DNA from: Clostridia bacterium
Lineage (GTDB): Bacteria > Bacillota > Clostridia > Oscillospirales > CAG-272
Direction of reading: 5' to 3'
DNA length: 47,056 nucleotides
Assembly: GCA_017452565.1 (NCBI GenBank)
Contig: JAFTMF010000171.1
Coordinates: 1 to 47,056 of the forward strand
Shown: positions 25,280 through 34,309 of the stretch, in pieces
How positions within the stretch are numbered: the first letter of the stretch is position 1
How the letters are laid out: each line of letters starts with the position of its first letter
Notes under the pieces: generated by a model
The model's input: only the letters and a program-made list of their open reading frames with translations
What the model was told of the DNA's origin: nothing
Database searches by the model: none
Translations under genes and position numbers: made by a program

Positions 25280-27129
25280 GAGCGCTCACCTCCCAACTTA
25301 TTGGCGCCGCATCCGGAGCACTGCTCGCGGCAAGACGGAGTCGTTACACCGGCATAAGCCTTCTTGCGTTCCCGTTTCAAAAATTCTTTGGTTACACCGC
25401 AATCGATGATATCCCACGCCAGCACCTCGTCCTCGGAGTAGGCACGATTGGCGTAGAAGGCGGGATCAATTCCGCATTCTTCAAATACCGCCATCCAAGC
25501 GTCGTAGTCGAAGAATTCATCCCAGCTATCAAACTTGATGCCTCTGCGATGAGCCGCCAGAAGCGCTTTGGACAGACGGCGGTCGCCTCTGGCAAAGACG
25601 CCTTCCAGATGACTGGTCTTGGCATCGTGCCATTTATAGGTGACGTGTTTCATCTTGGATACCGCCTCAAAGAGCACCGTCTGCTTCCGACGAAGCTCTT
25701 CCATCGTATACTGGGGCTCCCACTGGAAGGGAGTCCAAGGCTTGGGAATGAAGCAGGACACCGACACGGTTACGGTAGGTGCGCGGTTCTTCATCGCATT
25801 GGGATTTTTATAGTATGCCGACACCACCGAACGGGCCAGCTCGGCAATTCCGCGAATGTCGTCGTCGGTTTCGGTAGGCAGACCGTTCATAAAGTAGAGT
25901 TTCACCGTAGACTTGCCGTAATCGAAAGCTACGTTGCAAGCGCGAAGCAAATCCTCTTCGGTAAGATTCTTGTTGATAACGTCCCGCAGACGCTGAGTCC
26001 CCGCCTCGGGAGCGAAGGTAATACCGCTGGCACGGACACCGGAGATTTTCTCCATCAGCTCGGGGGTAAAACTGTTGACTCTCAAAGAAGGCAGCGACAG
26101 ACTCACCTTCGCTTCGTCGGTCCACTCCAACAGCTCGGTGGTCAGCGTATCCAGACAAGTGTAGTCCGAGATAGACAGCGAGGACAGCGAGATTTCATCG
26201 TATCCGGTTGCCTCGTACAGGGTTTTCGCCTGCTTATTCAGCACCTCGGGAGTCTTTTCCCGCACCGGACGGTAGGTCATACCCGCCTGACAGAAACGGC
26301 AGCCACGGATACAGCCGCGGTAAACCTCCAGCATAATCCGATCGTGCACCGTCTCGATGTAAGGCATCACCACTTTTTCGGGATAATAGGACTGATCCAG
26401 ATCCTTCATAATCCGCTTGGTGATTCGCTTGGGAATATCGTCATAAATCGGCGTATACGCCTCGATGGTTCCGTCAGCCTTGTAGGTAACGTCATACAGC
26501 GAAGGAACGTAGAATCCTTGCAGCTTCGCAGCCTCGTGCAAGAAAGCTTTGCGGGAGTACGTGCCGTTTTCCTTCATATTAATATATAGGCGGCAAATTT
26601 CCACCAGTGCGTCTTCGCCCTCGCCAATGGAGAAGAGGTCGAAGAAGTCGCAAACCGGTTCAGGGTTGTAGGTGCAAGGGCCGCCGCCGATGACGATGGG
26701 ATCTTCTTCAGAGCGATCCTTGGACAGCAGCGGAATCTGCGCCAGATCCAGCAGGTTCACTACGTTGGTGTAGCACATCTCGTACTGGAGAGTGAAGCCA
26801 AGGAAATCGAAGTCCTTCAGCGGATCTCCGCTCTCGTGTGCCCACATCGGCAGATTGTGGGTACGCAGTTGCTCTTCCATATCCACCCAAGGAGAATAGC
26901 AACGCTCACACCAAATATCCTCTTCCCTGTTCAGCACGCCGTACAGAATCCGCACACCCAAATTGGACATACCGATTTCATAGGTATCGGGAAAAGCAAA
27001 GGCAAATCGACATTTTACGGCGTTCTTGTCCTTGAGAATCTCTCCGAACTCGCCGCCGATATAGCGTCCCGGCTTAGTCACCGAGCGCAGGATTTTTTCT
27101 TTCAAATCAAAATTCATAGTAAACTCCAT
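25255..27129 (-). CDS. TIGR03960-type B12-binding-domain radical SAM protein
   Basis: 624 aa, with N-terminal VTKPGRYIGGEFGEI and the radical SAM cluster YRGCIRGCRFCQAG. Confidence 0.88.
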   Translation of the reverse strand: MEFTMNFDLKEKILRSVTKPGRYIGGEFGEILKDKNAVKCRFAFAFPDTYEIGMSNLGVRILYGVLNREEDIWCERCYSPWVDMEEQLRTHNLPMWAHESGDPLKDFDFLGFTLQYEMCYTNVVNLLDLAQIPLLSKDRSEEDPIVIGGGPCTYNPEPVCDFFDLFSIGEGEDALVEICRLYINMKENGTYSRKAFLHEAAKLQGFYVPSLYDVTYKADGTIEAYTPIYDDIPKRITKRIMKDLDQSYYPEKVVMPYIETVHDRIMLEVYRGCIRGCRFCQAGMTYRPVREKTPEVLNKQAKTLYEATGYDEISLSSLSISDYTCLDTLTTELLEWTDEAKVSLSLPSLRVNSFTPELMEKISGVRASGITFAPEAGTQRLRDVINKNLTEEDLLRACNVAFDYGKSTVKLYFMNGLPTETDDDIRGIAELARSVVSAYYKNPNAMKNRAPTVTVSVSCFIPKPWTPFQWEPQYTMEELRRKQTVLFEAVSKMKHVTYKWHDAKTSHLEGVFARGDRRLSKALLAAHRRGIKFDSWDEFFDYDAWMAVFEECGIDPAFYANRAYSEDEVLAWDIIDCGVTKEFLKRERKKAYAGVTTPSCREQCSGCGANKLGGERSCCPKVTS

Positions 27130-27163
27130 CCATCCTCATTTATGAAAGGATGCAACAGCATTT

Positions 27164-29233
27164 TTAACCAAAGAGCTTGGTAATCGTCAGCATCGGCAAC
27201 AGACCAATCAATTGATAGACCAGAATATTCAACGAAGTTACCTCGCTCATACCGATCATCGTCAGCACCAACCAATAGACCGGAATCGACGCCAGCATAA
27301 AGAGCACTGCAAATCCAACGCCCGTTTGCATAATCGCACGCGTAATGCGGCAAGCCTTTAGCGATTCGAACAAACCGCTTCTGTTGGAGGAAAGCAACAA
27401 GCTCTCCGCAGACTCCCGTTGAAGGATTCTATCCTTCTTTTCTTTACCGCGCACAATCTTCAGCGGCATATCTCCGCCCCATTGGATGCGGCGCTCCAAA
27501 AATTCCCGATTGATATTTGGGTCAAAGGTTTTAATGGCAACGCCAATGCCGGATCGAAAGAGATTCTTAGCAATTTCTTCGAAATCCTCGTCCATTTCAT
27601 ATTCCAGCTCCATACGGCCCACGGCAATGCGAGAGATTGCCATATACATAATTGCATCGGTGCATTTTTCATCTCGCTCATCCGGAGGCACCTTCACTCC
27701 GCGTTCGCGCAAATAGGTGCGCGTGCCGACCATCACCAATTCTCCATCCACCGCCGCTTCCAGGCCGTTTTCGGAAACGGTGATGAAGTCCATATCAGCC
27801 GTATAGCCGGTGTCGGATACCACCAGTGAGAACATTTCGCCCAGCGCGCCGCCGGTGGCACAGAAAATTGCGGATGCATAGCCAATCACTTTGGATATAT
27901 CGGCCTGATTCAAGGCCTTCACCTTCAAAAGCTTCACTTGATCCGCGGGAAACATTTCCGCATCAGTGAAAGTGACTACCGCAGGAGGAGCATATTCATC
28001 CATCGCTCGCTCACCGATAACAGCAGCGTTCACCTGATACGCCCCCCTGGAGAGCGAAGTCATCGGAGCGTAGAAAACGTACAAAAGCGATATAGGCATC
28101 GCAAGGAGATAGCCGCACATTCCCACCGCAACCGCATCGGACAACGACTTGGTCATAGACCAGCCAAAAAAGCCGAAACCGATTCCAATCAGTATGCAAA
28201 GGGGAACCAGCAGAACAATGGGACGCTTGACCGAACCGGGACGGTTGATTTCCCGATTGAAGCCTTGCACGCTACGGATTCTTTCCACTGCAAAATAACG
28301 GGTAGATTCCGACATCTCTTTTTGCAGGGCACTCCGCTCCAGCTGAGCCTCGTCCCCTTCCAGCATCCGAAGCGTATATTTTTCTCTTGAGGAGAACGCA
28401 ACGCAAAACGCCATATATTCCCGCTTGATGGCACCGTAATAACAATATTTCGTCCAAAATGCGCAGAACAACACAGCAGCACAGAAAGAAATCATAGGTT
28501 CTTCGGGCAGGAACACAATTCTGAACAACAAGTACAGAATATGAACCACCACCATCACCGCAAAGATCCGTCGCGGTGCACCGCCCCGTTCGGTCTTTTT
28601 CTTGCTTTGGAAGGTTTCGGGAAGCAGCGCGATGCTCCAAACCATCCATTGAATGGCAATCCATCCGCACACTACCGGATAGCGAACCGGATCCAAATAA
28701 TCCGGAAGCTGAAATCCGAAGAGCGCAGTATTTTCCCAAACCGCGGTCACTACAATCCTCAGCGCCAGAAGCCACAGACTCAAGCGTTGCCAGCGAAGCT
28801 GTTTCCGATAATCGGCGGCAATGGATTTCTTTTGCTCCACCGTCAAGTGATCGTACGGATCAGCCGCCTTTTTCTTTTCCCGTACACGCGACGGAATTTG
28901 CGCCGTCTCGGGATTCTTTTCTTCATCCTTGATGCCGAAAATACGCTTTAAATCATATTCCGTTTCATCAATTCGTGCCTTTGTCGGGTCCTCTGCATCA
29001 GATGTTCGCCGTTTGCGGGATGAAGGGATCGGCTTCGCTTTGGTAACCGTCCGCGGACCGTTCCCTTTTCGCCGAAGTGCATCATGACCAAAGAGCTTTT
29101 CCAACGGCGGCGCTTGCGGAGCTTCCTTCGGTTGCTCATCGGACTGTACTTTTTCGACAATCTGCGAAGTGTCGACGTGTTTTTTTAGTTGATCCAGCAG
29201 GTCATTTGCATGGATCTCATCATTATTCTTCAT
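27164..29233 (-). CDS. P-type ATPase-like integral membrane protein with degenerate catalytic motifs
   Basis: 689 aa: a hydrophilic N-terminus, about 6 TM helices, a soluble domain, then 2 C-terminal TM helices. The soluble domain is collinear with the P1B-ATPase P/N domains. However, DKTGT is FTDAEMF, TGDN is KTFDPN, and GDGxND is LSSNRSG. Confidence 0.5.
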   Translation of the reverse strand: MKNNDEIHANDLLDQLKKHVDTSQIVEKVQSDEQPKEAPQAPPLEKLFGHDALRRKGNGPRTVTKAKPIPSSRKRRTSDAEDPTKARIDETEYDLKRIFGIKDEEKNPETAQIPSRVREKKKAADPYDHLTVEQKKSIAADYRKQLRWQRLSLWLLALRIVVTAVWENTALFGFQLPDYLDPVRYPVVCGWIAIQWMVWSIALLPETFQSKKKTERGGAPRRIFAVMVVVHILYLLFRIVFLPEEPMISFCAAVLFCAFWTKYCYYGAIKREYMAFCVAFSSREKYTLRMLEGDEAQLERSALQKEMSESTRYFAVERIRSVQGFNREINRPGSVKRPIVLLVPLCILIGIGFGFFGWSMTKSLSDAVAVGMCGYLLAMPISLLYVFYAPMTSLSRGAYQVNAAVIGERAMDEYAPPAVVTFTDAEMFPADQVKLLKVKALNQADISKVIGYASAIFCATGGALGEMFSLVVSDTGYTADMDFITVSENGLEAAVDGELVMVGTRTYLRERGVKVPPDERDEKCTDAIMYMAISRIAVGRMELEYEMDEDFEEIAKNLFRSGIGVAIKTFDPNINREFLERRIQWGGDMPLKIVRGKEKKDRILQRESAESLLLSSNRSGLFESLKACRITRAIMQTGVGFAVLFMLASIPVYWLVLTMIGMSEVTSLNILVYQLIGLLPMLTITKLFG

Positions 29234-29304
29234 ATTAATATATAGTAGAAATCAATTCATACGCCGACTGACGATGCACTTGCATCGAGCAGTACAGACA
29301 AATT

Positions 29305-30135
29305 TTATTTAACAGAATGTCTACACTGTGCAGCTCTGCAAAGCACGACTGCAGTAGCGCAGGACACGTTAAAGGAGTTGACGTTTCCGTACATAGGGAT
29401 AGACAGCAGGAAATCGCACTTCTCTTTGACCAAACGGGAAATTCCATTACCTTCACTGCCAACCACGAATGCAGCAGCACCCGAGAGATCGGATTCATAA
29501 AGAGACGTTCCATCTGCCTCCGCGCCATAAATCCAAACGCCCTTCTTCTTAAGATCGTCAATGGTAGCGGCAATATTCACAACCTTGGCGATGGGCAGAT
29601 GATTGATCGCCCCTGCAGAGGATTTTACCACCACCGGCGTAACGGGAGCAGAATGACGCTTGGAAATTATCAATCCATGTGCACCTGCGCCCTCGGCACA
29701 ACGAATAATGGCGCCCAGATTGTGAGGATCTTCCACACCGTCAGCAATCACCAAGAAAGGAGGTTCACCCTTTTCTTCCGCAACCGCCAGCAAATCGTCC
29801 ACGGAACAATATTCCACGCCGGCAACCATTGCAACTACACCTTGATGTGCACCGCCGCCTGCAAGTGTGTCCAGTTTTTCCTTTACCACCTGCACTACCG
29901 GAACGCCGGCCTCTTTCGCTTTGGCAACGATCAGCGTAATAGAGCCTTCCCGCTCACCGGCTTGCACCAGCAACTTGTCCAGCGTTCGACCGCTCTTCAG
30001 CGCTTCCAAAACCGCGTTGCGGCCATAGAGCAGATTGCTGTCTTCCTGCGGCTCAACTGCAAGAGGACGCACATTTTGTCTTCCGCCGGGAGTGCGATCC
30101 GATTTATTCTTATGAGAATCAAAATTTTGTTTCAT
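29305..30135 (-). CDS. rlmB: SpoU/TrmH-family 23S rRNA 2'-O-methyltransferase (RlmB-like)
   Basis: LYGRNAVLEALKSGR (substrate-binding N-domain); DGVEDPHNLGAIIRCAEGAGAHGLI; GSEGNGISRLV; SFNVSCA. Confidence 0.88.
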   Translation of the reverse strand: MKQNFDSHKNKSDRTPGGRQNVRPLAVEPQEDSNLLYGRNAVLEALKSGRTLDKLLVQAGEREGSITLIVAKAKEAGVPVVQVVKEKLDTLAGGGAHQGVVAMVAGVEYCSVDDLLAVAEEKGEPPFLVIADGVEDPHNLGAIIRCAEGAGAHGLIISKRHSAPVTPVVVKSSAGAINHLPIAKVVNIAATIDDLKKKGVWIYGAEADGTSLYESDLSGAAAFVVGSEGNGISRLVKEKCDFLLSIPMYGNVNSFNVSCATAVVLCRAAQCRHSVK

Positions 30136-30240
30136 AGTTCACCTATTCCTATTTTAATGATCACAGATCAATAGTAGATACATTATACCACAAAAAAACG
30201 GCTTTGTATAGACTTTTCAAAGATTTTTCCGAAAAAGCGC

Positions 30241-30270
30241 AAAAAACCGAGACTTTCGTCTCGGTTTTTT
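30241..30270. terminator. Rho-independent terminator after the zinc-ribbon gene
   Basis: AAAAAACCGAGAC-TTTC-GTCTCGGTTTTTT is a perfect 13-bp stem with flanking A/T runs. Confidence 0.8.
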
Positions 30271-30291
30271 GATCAGCTTGCAAATTCTGGC

Positions 30292-30579
30292 TTACTTGCT
30301 GGCCTTTCTTGCTGCAAAGCAATCGCTGCAATACACGGGTCTGTCATTGGTAGGCTGGAAGGGAATCTTTGCAGGCTTACCGCACTCTGCGCAAATCGCA
30401 TCGAACAGTTCTCTCTGCGGTTTGGTTGTAGGGTTAACGCCCTTTTTAGCGGCACGGCACTCTTTGCATCTCTGGGGCTGATTCTGGAAGCCCTTTTCAG
30501 CATAGAATTCCTGCTCGCCGGCAGAGAATACGAACTCCTTTCCGCAGTCTTTGCACTTCAGTGTGATGTCCTGATACAT
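30292..30579 (-). CDS. Small double zinc-ribbon protein (four CxxC pairs)
   Basis: 95 aa: KCKDCGKEFVFSAGEQEFYAEKGF...RCKECR, then ICAECGKPAKIPFQPTNDRPVYCSDCF. Confidence 0.7.
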   Translation of the reverse strand: MYQDITLKCKDCGKEFVFSAGEQEFYAEKGFQNQPQRCKECRAAKKGVNPTTKPQRELFDAICAECGKPAKIPFQPTNDRPVYCSDCFAARKASK

Positions 30580-30728
30580 GTGTTTCTACCTCGCTTTGAT
30601 ATGGTATAATTTTACCCCGGACGGCTCTGAACCATCATCTTTGCAACTTTGCAACGATTACAACGCTTTTCTTAAGCTACTTGGGCATATAACAATGTGA
30701 ATAAAGAGACGAAGCTTTCGAATGATTT

Positions 30729-31379
30729 CTAACTCGAAAAATGCTGTTTAATTTTTTTGCGCACCCGATAGATGGCATTATCAATAGATTTATTAGAACG
30801 GTTCAACTGAATTGCAATCTCCTCGGCAGAGTACCCTGCAATGTACAAGCGATAAACCGATTTTTCAAAGTTAGAAAAAAGCGTATCAACCAGCTCAGAT
30901 AACTCTCCCATCTTCATCGACGCACGTCTGACAGATTTACGTTGATAGGAAGTCAGTACCGGTTTCGCTTTTACCGGGACGGGAGACAGTCTGCGATATT
31001 TACGAAGAGCAGAAATTAGACGGTTACGGATACAGATTTTTGCAAATAATCCGTAAGTGACCTCATTCTGGGATAAATCAAATTTCATCGCGGCATGATA
31101 CAGCGCAAGAGTAGCTTCCTGCATCAGATCGTTATACTCTGCGCTTTGCTCTTTTGCAAGAGCCCGTGAAACCATAGACTGTAAAAGAGCGCCGTACTGT
31201 TCTCGAAGCACGTCAAATGCAGATTCGTCACCCGCTTGAATTTGCTGAATGAGAGTTAATTGCGTCAAATCCACAGTTTGCTCCTGCCATTTTGAGTTAG
31301 GAAATGTAAAATTCAGACTACTTTTGTCACATTGCACAAAACCGAGCTGATTTTCACATTCAATTTTTATATTATTCAT
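30729..31379 (-). CDS. Sigma-70 family (group 4-like) RNA polymerase sigma factor
   Basis: The region 2-like block is DLMQEATLALYHAAMKFD...FAKICIRNRLISALRKYRR. The region 4 HTH is YRLYIAGYSAEEIAIQLNRSNKSIDNAIYRVRKKI. The gene is visibly more AT-rich than its neighbours. Confidence 0.75.
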   Translation of the reverse strand: MNNIKIECENQLGFVQCDKSSLNFTFPNSKWQEQTVDLTQLTLIQQIQAGDESAFDVLREQYGALLQSMVSRALAKEQSAEYNDLMQEATLALYHAAMKFDLSQNEVTYGLFAKICIRNRLISALRKYRRLSPVPVKAKPVLTSYQRKSVRRASMKMGELSELVDTLFSNFEKSVYRLYIAGYSAEEIAIQLNRSNKSIDNAIYRVRKKIKQHFSS

Positions 31380-31455
31380 TATATCACGATTTTACAATTT
31401 GTCAATACCTTATTCATATTTTTTATCTATGGTTTAAAATTCCGTGTTTTTCCAC

Positions 31456-31485
31456 AAAAAAAGCCCCGCAAATTCTCTTGCGGAG
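31456..31485 (-). terminator. Rho-independent terminator after the DUF4364 gene
   Basis: The minus strand reads CUCCGCAA-GAGAAU-UUGCGGGG followed by CUUUUUUU. Confidence 0.65.
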
Positions 31486-31522
31486 CTAAAATTATTGCGC
31501 ATTTTCACTAAGTACGAGAAAA

Positions 31523-32071
31523 TTATTCGGGCATAAAATATCCGATTTCTCCGGTGAGCAACGCCAGAATGCCTTTATAAATCTGTTCTGGATTTTCACG
31601 GAACTGATAGCGCATCAGCTCCAGCTGTGCGGAATTTTCCACCACCAGTTTCAGCTCCAACGATAGCGGGCCATTATCCCGAATCGCACAGGTCAGATCA
31701 TAACATCCGTCCGAACGAGGCTCGAAGGAGGTTTCCACCTTGGCACCCCGTTTGCGGAAATCCAGCAATCGCATTGCACTGCGAAGACCGCGGGTCTTGA
31801 CGTAATTCATCAAATCGCCCTGCAAGCTTTCCAGCACCTGCATCCCCTGATCGCTGACCTGATACAGGAGCTTGCCTTCTTCGTTGATCTCGGAAACATT
31901 CCCTCGCTCCAACAAATCGGCAAAACAATCTGCAAAATCAATACCGCCCACGAAACCGTCCTGCATCACGATATCGTTGATATCGTCATACTCCAGCGGT
32001 CTACCGATGTGATACATCAGATACAGAATAAAGAGCTTGATCTCATCCTCAGCATAAAGTCTGGTTTCCAT
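31523..32071 (-). CDS. DUF4364-like protein (putative winged-helix regulator)
   Basis: 182 aa. The N-terminus EIKLFILYLMYHIGRPLEYDDINDIVMQDG resembles the Clostridia-specific DUF4364/PadR-like fold. The family assignment is from memory. Confidence 0.55.
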   Translation of the reverse strand: METRLYAEDEIKLFILYLMYHIGRPLEYDDINDIVMQDGFVGGIDFADCFADLLERGNVSEINEEGKLLYQVSDQGMQVLESLQGDLMNYVKTRGLRSAMRLLDFRKRGAKVETSFEPRSDGCYDLTCAIRDNGPLSLELKLVVENSAQLELMRYQFRENPEQIYKGILALLTGEIGYFMPE

Positions 32072-32083
32072 AGTAACCTCCGA

Positions 32084-32116
32084 TGAAGAATGGGCGAGTG
32101 ATACCCGCCCATTCTT
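32084..32116 (-). other. Strong intercistronic hairpin (12-bp stem, no U-tract)
   Basis: GAAGAATGGGCG (32084-32095) pairs with CGCCCATTCTTC (32105-32116), between the SBP stop and the DUF4364 SD. Confidence 0.6.
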
Positions 32117-32136
32117 CTATGTGGATTTAAGCTGAC

Positions 32137-34002
32137 TCAGTTCCACTGCTTGGTGGGAATGAGTGCAACTGCGTTAGGATCGTACTTATAGGTAGAATCC
32201 TGCGCCTTGGTGAAGCCGTAGTGACCTGCATAGTCGATGGTCAGCTTCTTCAGATTTTCGCTGATCATAGTACCGGACTTCATAAAGTAAACAGGAGCAA
32301 CGGGAGCATCCTCCAGCAGCTTCTTCTCAGCCTTTGCCAGAAGAGTTGCACGCTTAGCGGCATCCTTTTCAGCCAGCGCATCGCTGATCAGCTTGTCGTA
32401 CTCTTCGTTAGAGTAACCGGTAACACCGGGGATCAGATCGAAATCGTCTGCAGACTCGGTAAAGTCGTATGCACCGCCGGAGTAAGGAGTAGCGAACTGA
32501 GCCAGTACAGCGAAAGGATCAGCAGTCATCATACTCAGATCCAGGCCGATTACGTCGTAATCGCCGGTTCTGTACTTCTCGATAAAGGCGTCCTTGATCA
32601 GATCGGAGTAAACGTAGTCGAATTCGTAACCGATGCCTTCACCGGTTTCAGCGTCGGTCTTAACGCTCTTGAACTCGTAGTATCTGAAGTAAGATACGGC
32701 TACCTCTTCGATGGTAACCTTGAAGCCCAGCTGAGTCCATGCCTCAACAGCAGCTTCAGCAACAGCCTTCTCTACTTCGTTATCCTTGTGGATGGTAAGA
32801 GTGAACTCGCCACCGGAAACGCCAGCCTGAGACAGCAGGGACTTTGCACCTGCGATATCAGCCTTGGTGTTCAGAACGGAGCCTGCAACCTCACGGAAGG
32901 AAGTGCCGCGCTTGTTGTTCCATACGCCGTCGGTGAGCAGACCGTTTGCAGCCTTGGCAAATACAACCTTGTTAGCAATTGCTTCGCGGTCCAGTGCCAT
33001 AGACAGAGCCTGAGTAACCTTAGGATTGGAGAAGAGCTCCTTATTGGTGTTGAACAGATAAGAGTAGGTAGACAGCAGATCCTTAGTCTCTACTGCGCCC
33101 TTTCTATCGGACAGAGGCAGGTTGTTGATAAACAGACCCTTGCCTTCCTTGAATTCAGCCAGTGCGGTAGCGGGATCAGCAAACTTGATGTTGATTCTGT
33201 AAGGAGTTACGTACTTCTGCAGTGCTTCTTCCTTCTCGCTATCGTAGTAGAAATACTTGTTACGTTCCAGAATGATACCGGGGTTCTCGGAATCCTTGTA
33301 GTTGAAATTCTTTACGTAGAAAGGACCGTTTGCCAGCATAACGGCAGACAGAGTTGCCCAGCTGTAATCAGCAGGACGAATGTAGCCGTCGATAGCTTCC
33401 ATATCTTCCTTGTACAGAGGATCGGGTTCAACCTTGATCTTCTCTACCTTGTCCTCACGCAGAGGGCTGAGGGCAACGCTTGCGCAGTTCTGCAGGAATG
33501 CATCTGCATAGGAAGCGTCGATCAGCTCAACGGTCAGCAGGTTGGTACCGGAAGCATAAAGGCCCAGATTGTCGATAGAGGTATCGCCATTCTTAACTTC
33601 TTCCGCATTCTTGATGTACATCAGCAGAGATGCAGCAGAGCACTGGAACTCGGGATTCAGAATACGCTTCCAAGCGTAAACAAAGTCCTTCGCCTGAATA
33701 ACGGTGCCGTCACTCCACTTAGTGGTGTTCAGACGGAACTCCAGAACGTTGCCGTCCAGCGTCCACTTTTTAGCAATGGAGCCAACGACTTTGCCCTTTT
33801 CGTTTACGTCAACAAGTCCATCGTAAACGAGAGACAGAACCTGTTCAGCGTCGGCATCATTGTAAGCCAGCGCAGGGTCCAGGTTGGTAATCTTGTCCGT
33901 ATAAATAGTAATCTCTGCTCCGGGATCCTCCTTTTCAGTACAAGCAACCAGCATCATACTGAGCATCACGAAACAAAGCACCATCGCAATGATCTTCTTC
34001 AA
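32137..34002 (-). CDS. ABC transporter substrate-binding lipoprotein, family 5 (peptide/nickel, OppA-like)
   Basis: The signal peptide and lipobox are (M)KKIIAMVLCFVMLSMMLVAC. The protein is about 620 aa and SBP_bac_5-like. The start was chosen at the TTG at 34002, 8 nt after the AAGGGGGA SD. The longest ORF starts at the ATG at 34020, which has no SD. Confidence 0.85.
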   Translation of the reverse strand: MKKIIAMVLCFVMLSMMLVACTEKEDPGAEITIYTDKITNLDPALAYNDADAEQVLSLVYDGLVDVNEKGKVVGSIAKKWTLDGNVLEFRLNTTKWSDGTVIQAKDFVYAWKRILNPEFQCSAASLLMYIKNAEEVKNGDTSIDNLGLYASGTNLLTVELIDASYADAFLQNCASVALSPLREDKVEKIKVEPDPLYKEDMEAIDGYIRPADYSWATLSAVMLANGPFYVKNFNYKDSENPGIILERNKYFYYDSEKEEALQKYVTPYRINIKFADPATALAEFKEGKGLFINNLPLSDRKGAVETKDLLSTYSYLFNTNKELFSNPKVTQALSMALDREAIANKVVFAKAANGLLTDGVWNNKRGTSFREVAGSVLNTKADIAGAKSLLSQAGVSGGEFTLTIHKDNEVEKAVAEAAVEAWTQLGFKVTIEEVAVSYFRYYEFKSVKTDAETGEGIGYEFDYVYSDLIKDAFIEKYRTGDYDVIGLDLSMMTADPFAVLAQFATPYSGGAYDFTESADDFDLIPGVTGYSNEEYDKLISDALAEKDAAKRATLLAKAEKKLLEDAPVAPVYFMKSGTMISENLKKLTIDYAGHYGFTKAQDSTYKYDPNAVALIPTKQWN

Positions 34003-34046
34003 AATGTGTTCCCCCTTCATTGCATCGCAAGTATAGTTATGAGAGT

Positions 34047-34075
34047 ATTATAGCATTATTTTCTGATTTTAGCAA
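34047..34075 (-). promoter_or_regulatory. Sigma-A promoter of the SBP gene
   Basis: The minus strand reads TTGCTA (34075-34070), a 17-nt spacer, then TATAAT (34052-34047). Confidence 0.6.
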
Positions 34076-34309
34076 TGGTAAATCGCACGATTCTTTGATT
34101 TCGTCCCCTTGTACAAAAGATACGAAATCTTTTTGGTCAAAATTCACAATGCATTTTTGTGCTTTTTTCGACCTTTCGGAGCACATCGCCGAATAAACGG
34201 CACTCCGTCGGGCGATTCTCGCGGTAATGATAAAAATTTCTCGCAAACGGTACTGAAATCGGTTTCCGTTGCATAGAATTGGTATAGAAAGCATCTACAG
34301 GAGGCAGAT

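Noticed and set aside
30600-30612. A plus-strand extended -10-like element (TGGTATAAT) upstream of the zinc-ribbon gene, pointing antisense into the sigma gene.
   Set aside because: It has no -35 and no downstream plus-strand ORF or structured RNA. AT-rich intergenic DNA readily produces such matches. The adjacent direct repeat TTTGCAAC x2 (30640-30655) was noted but has no assignable function.
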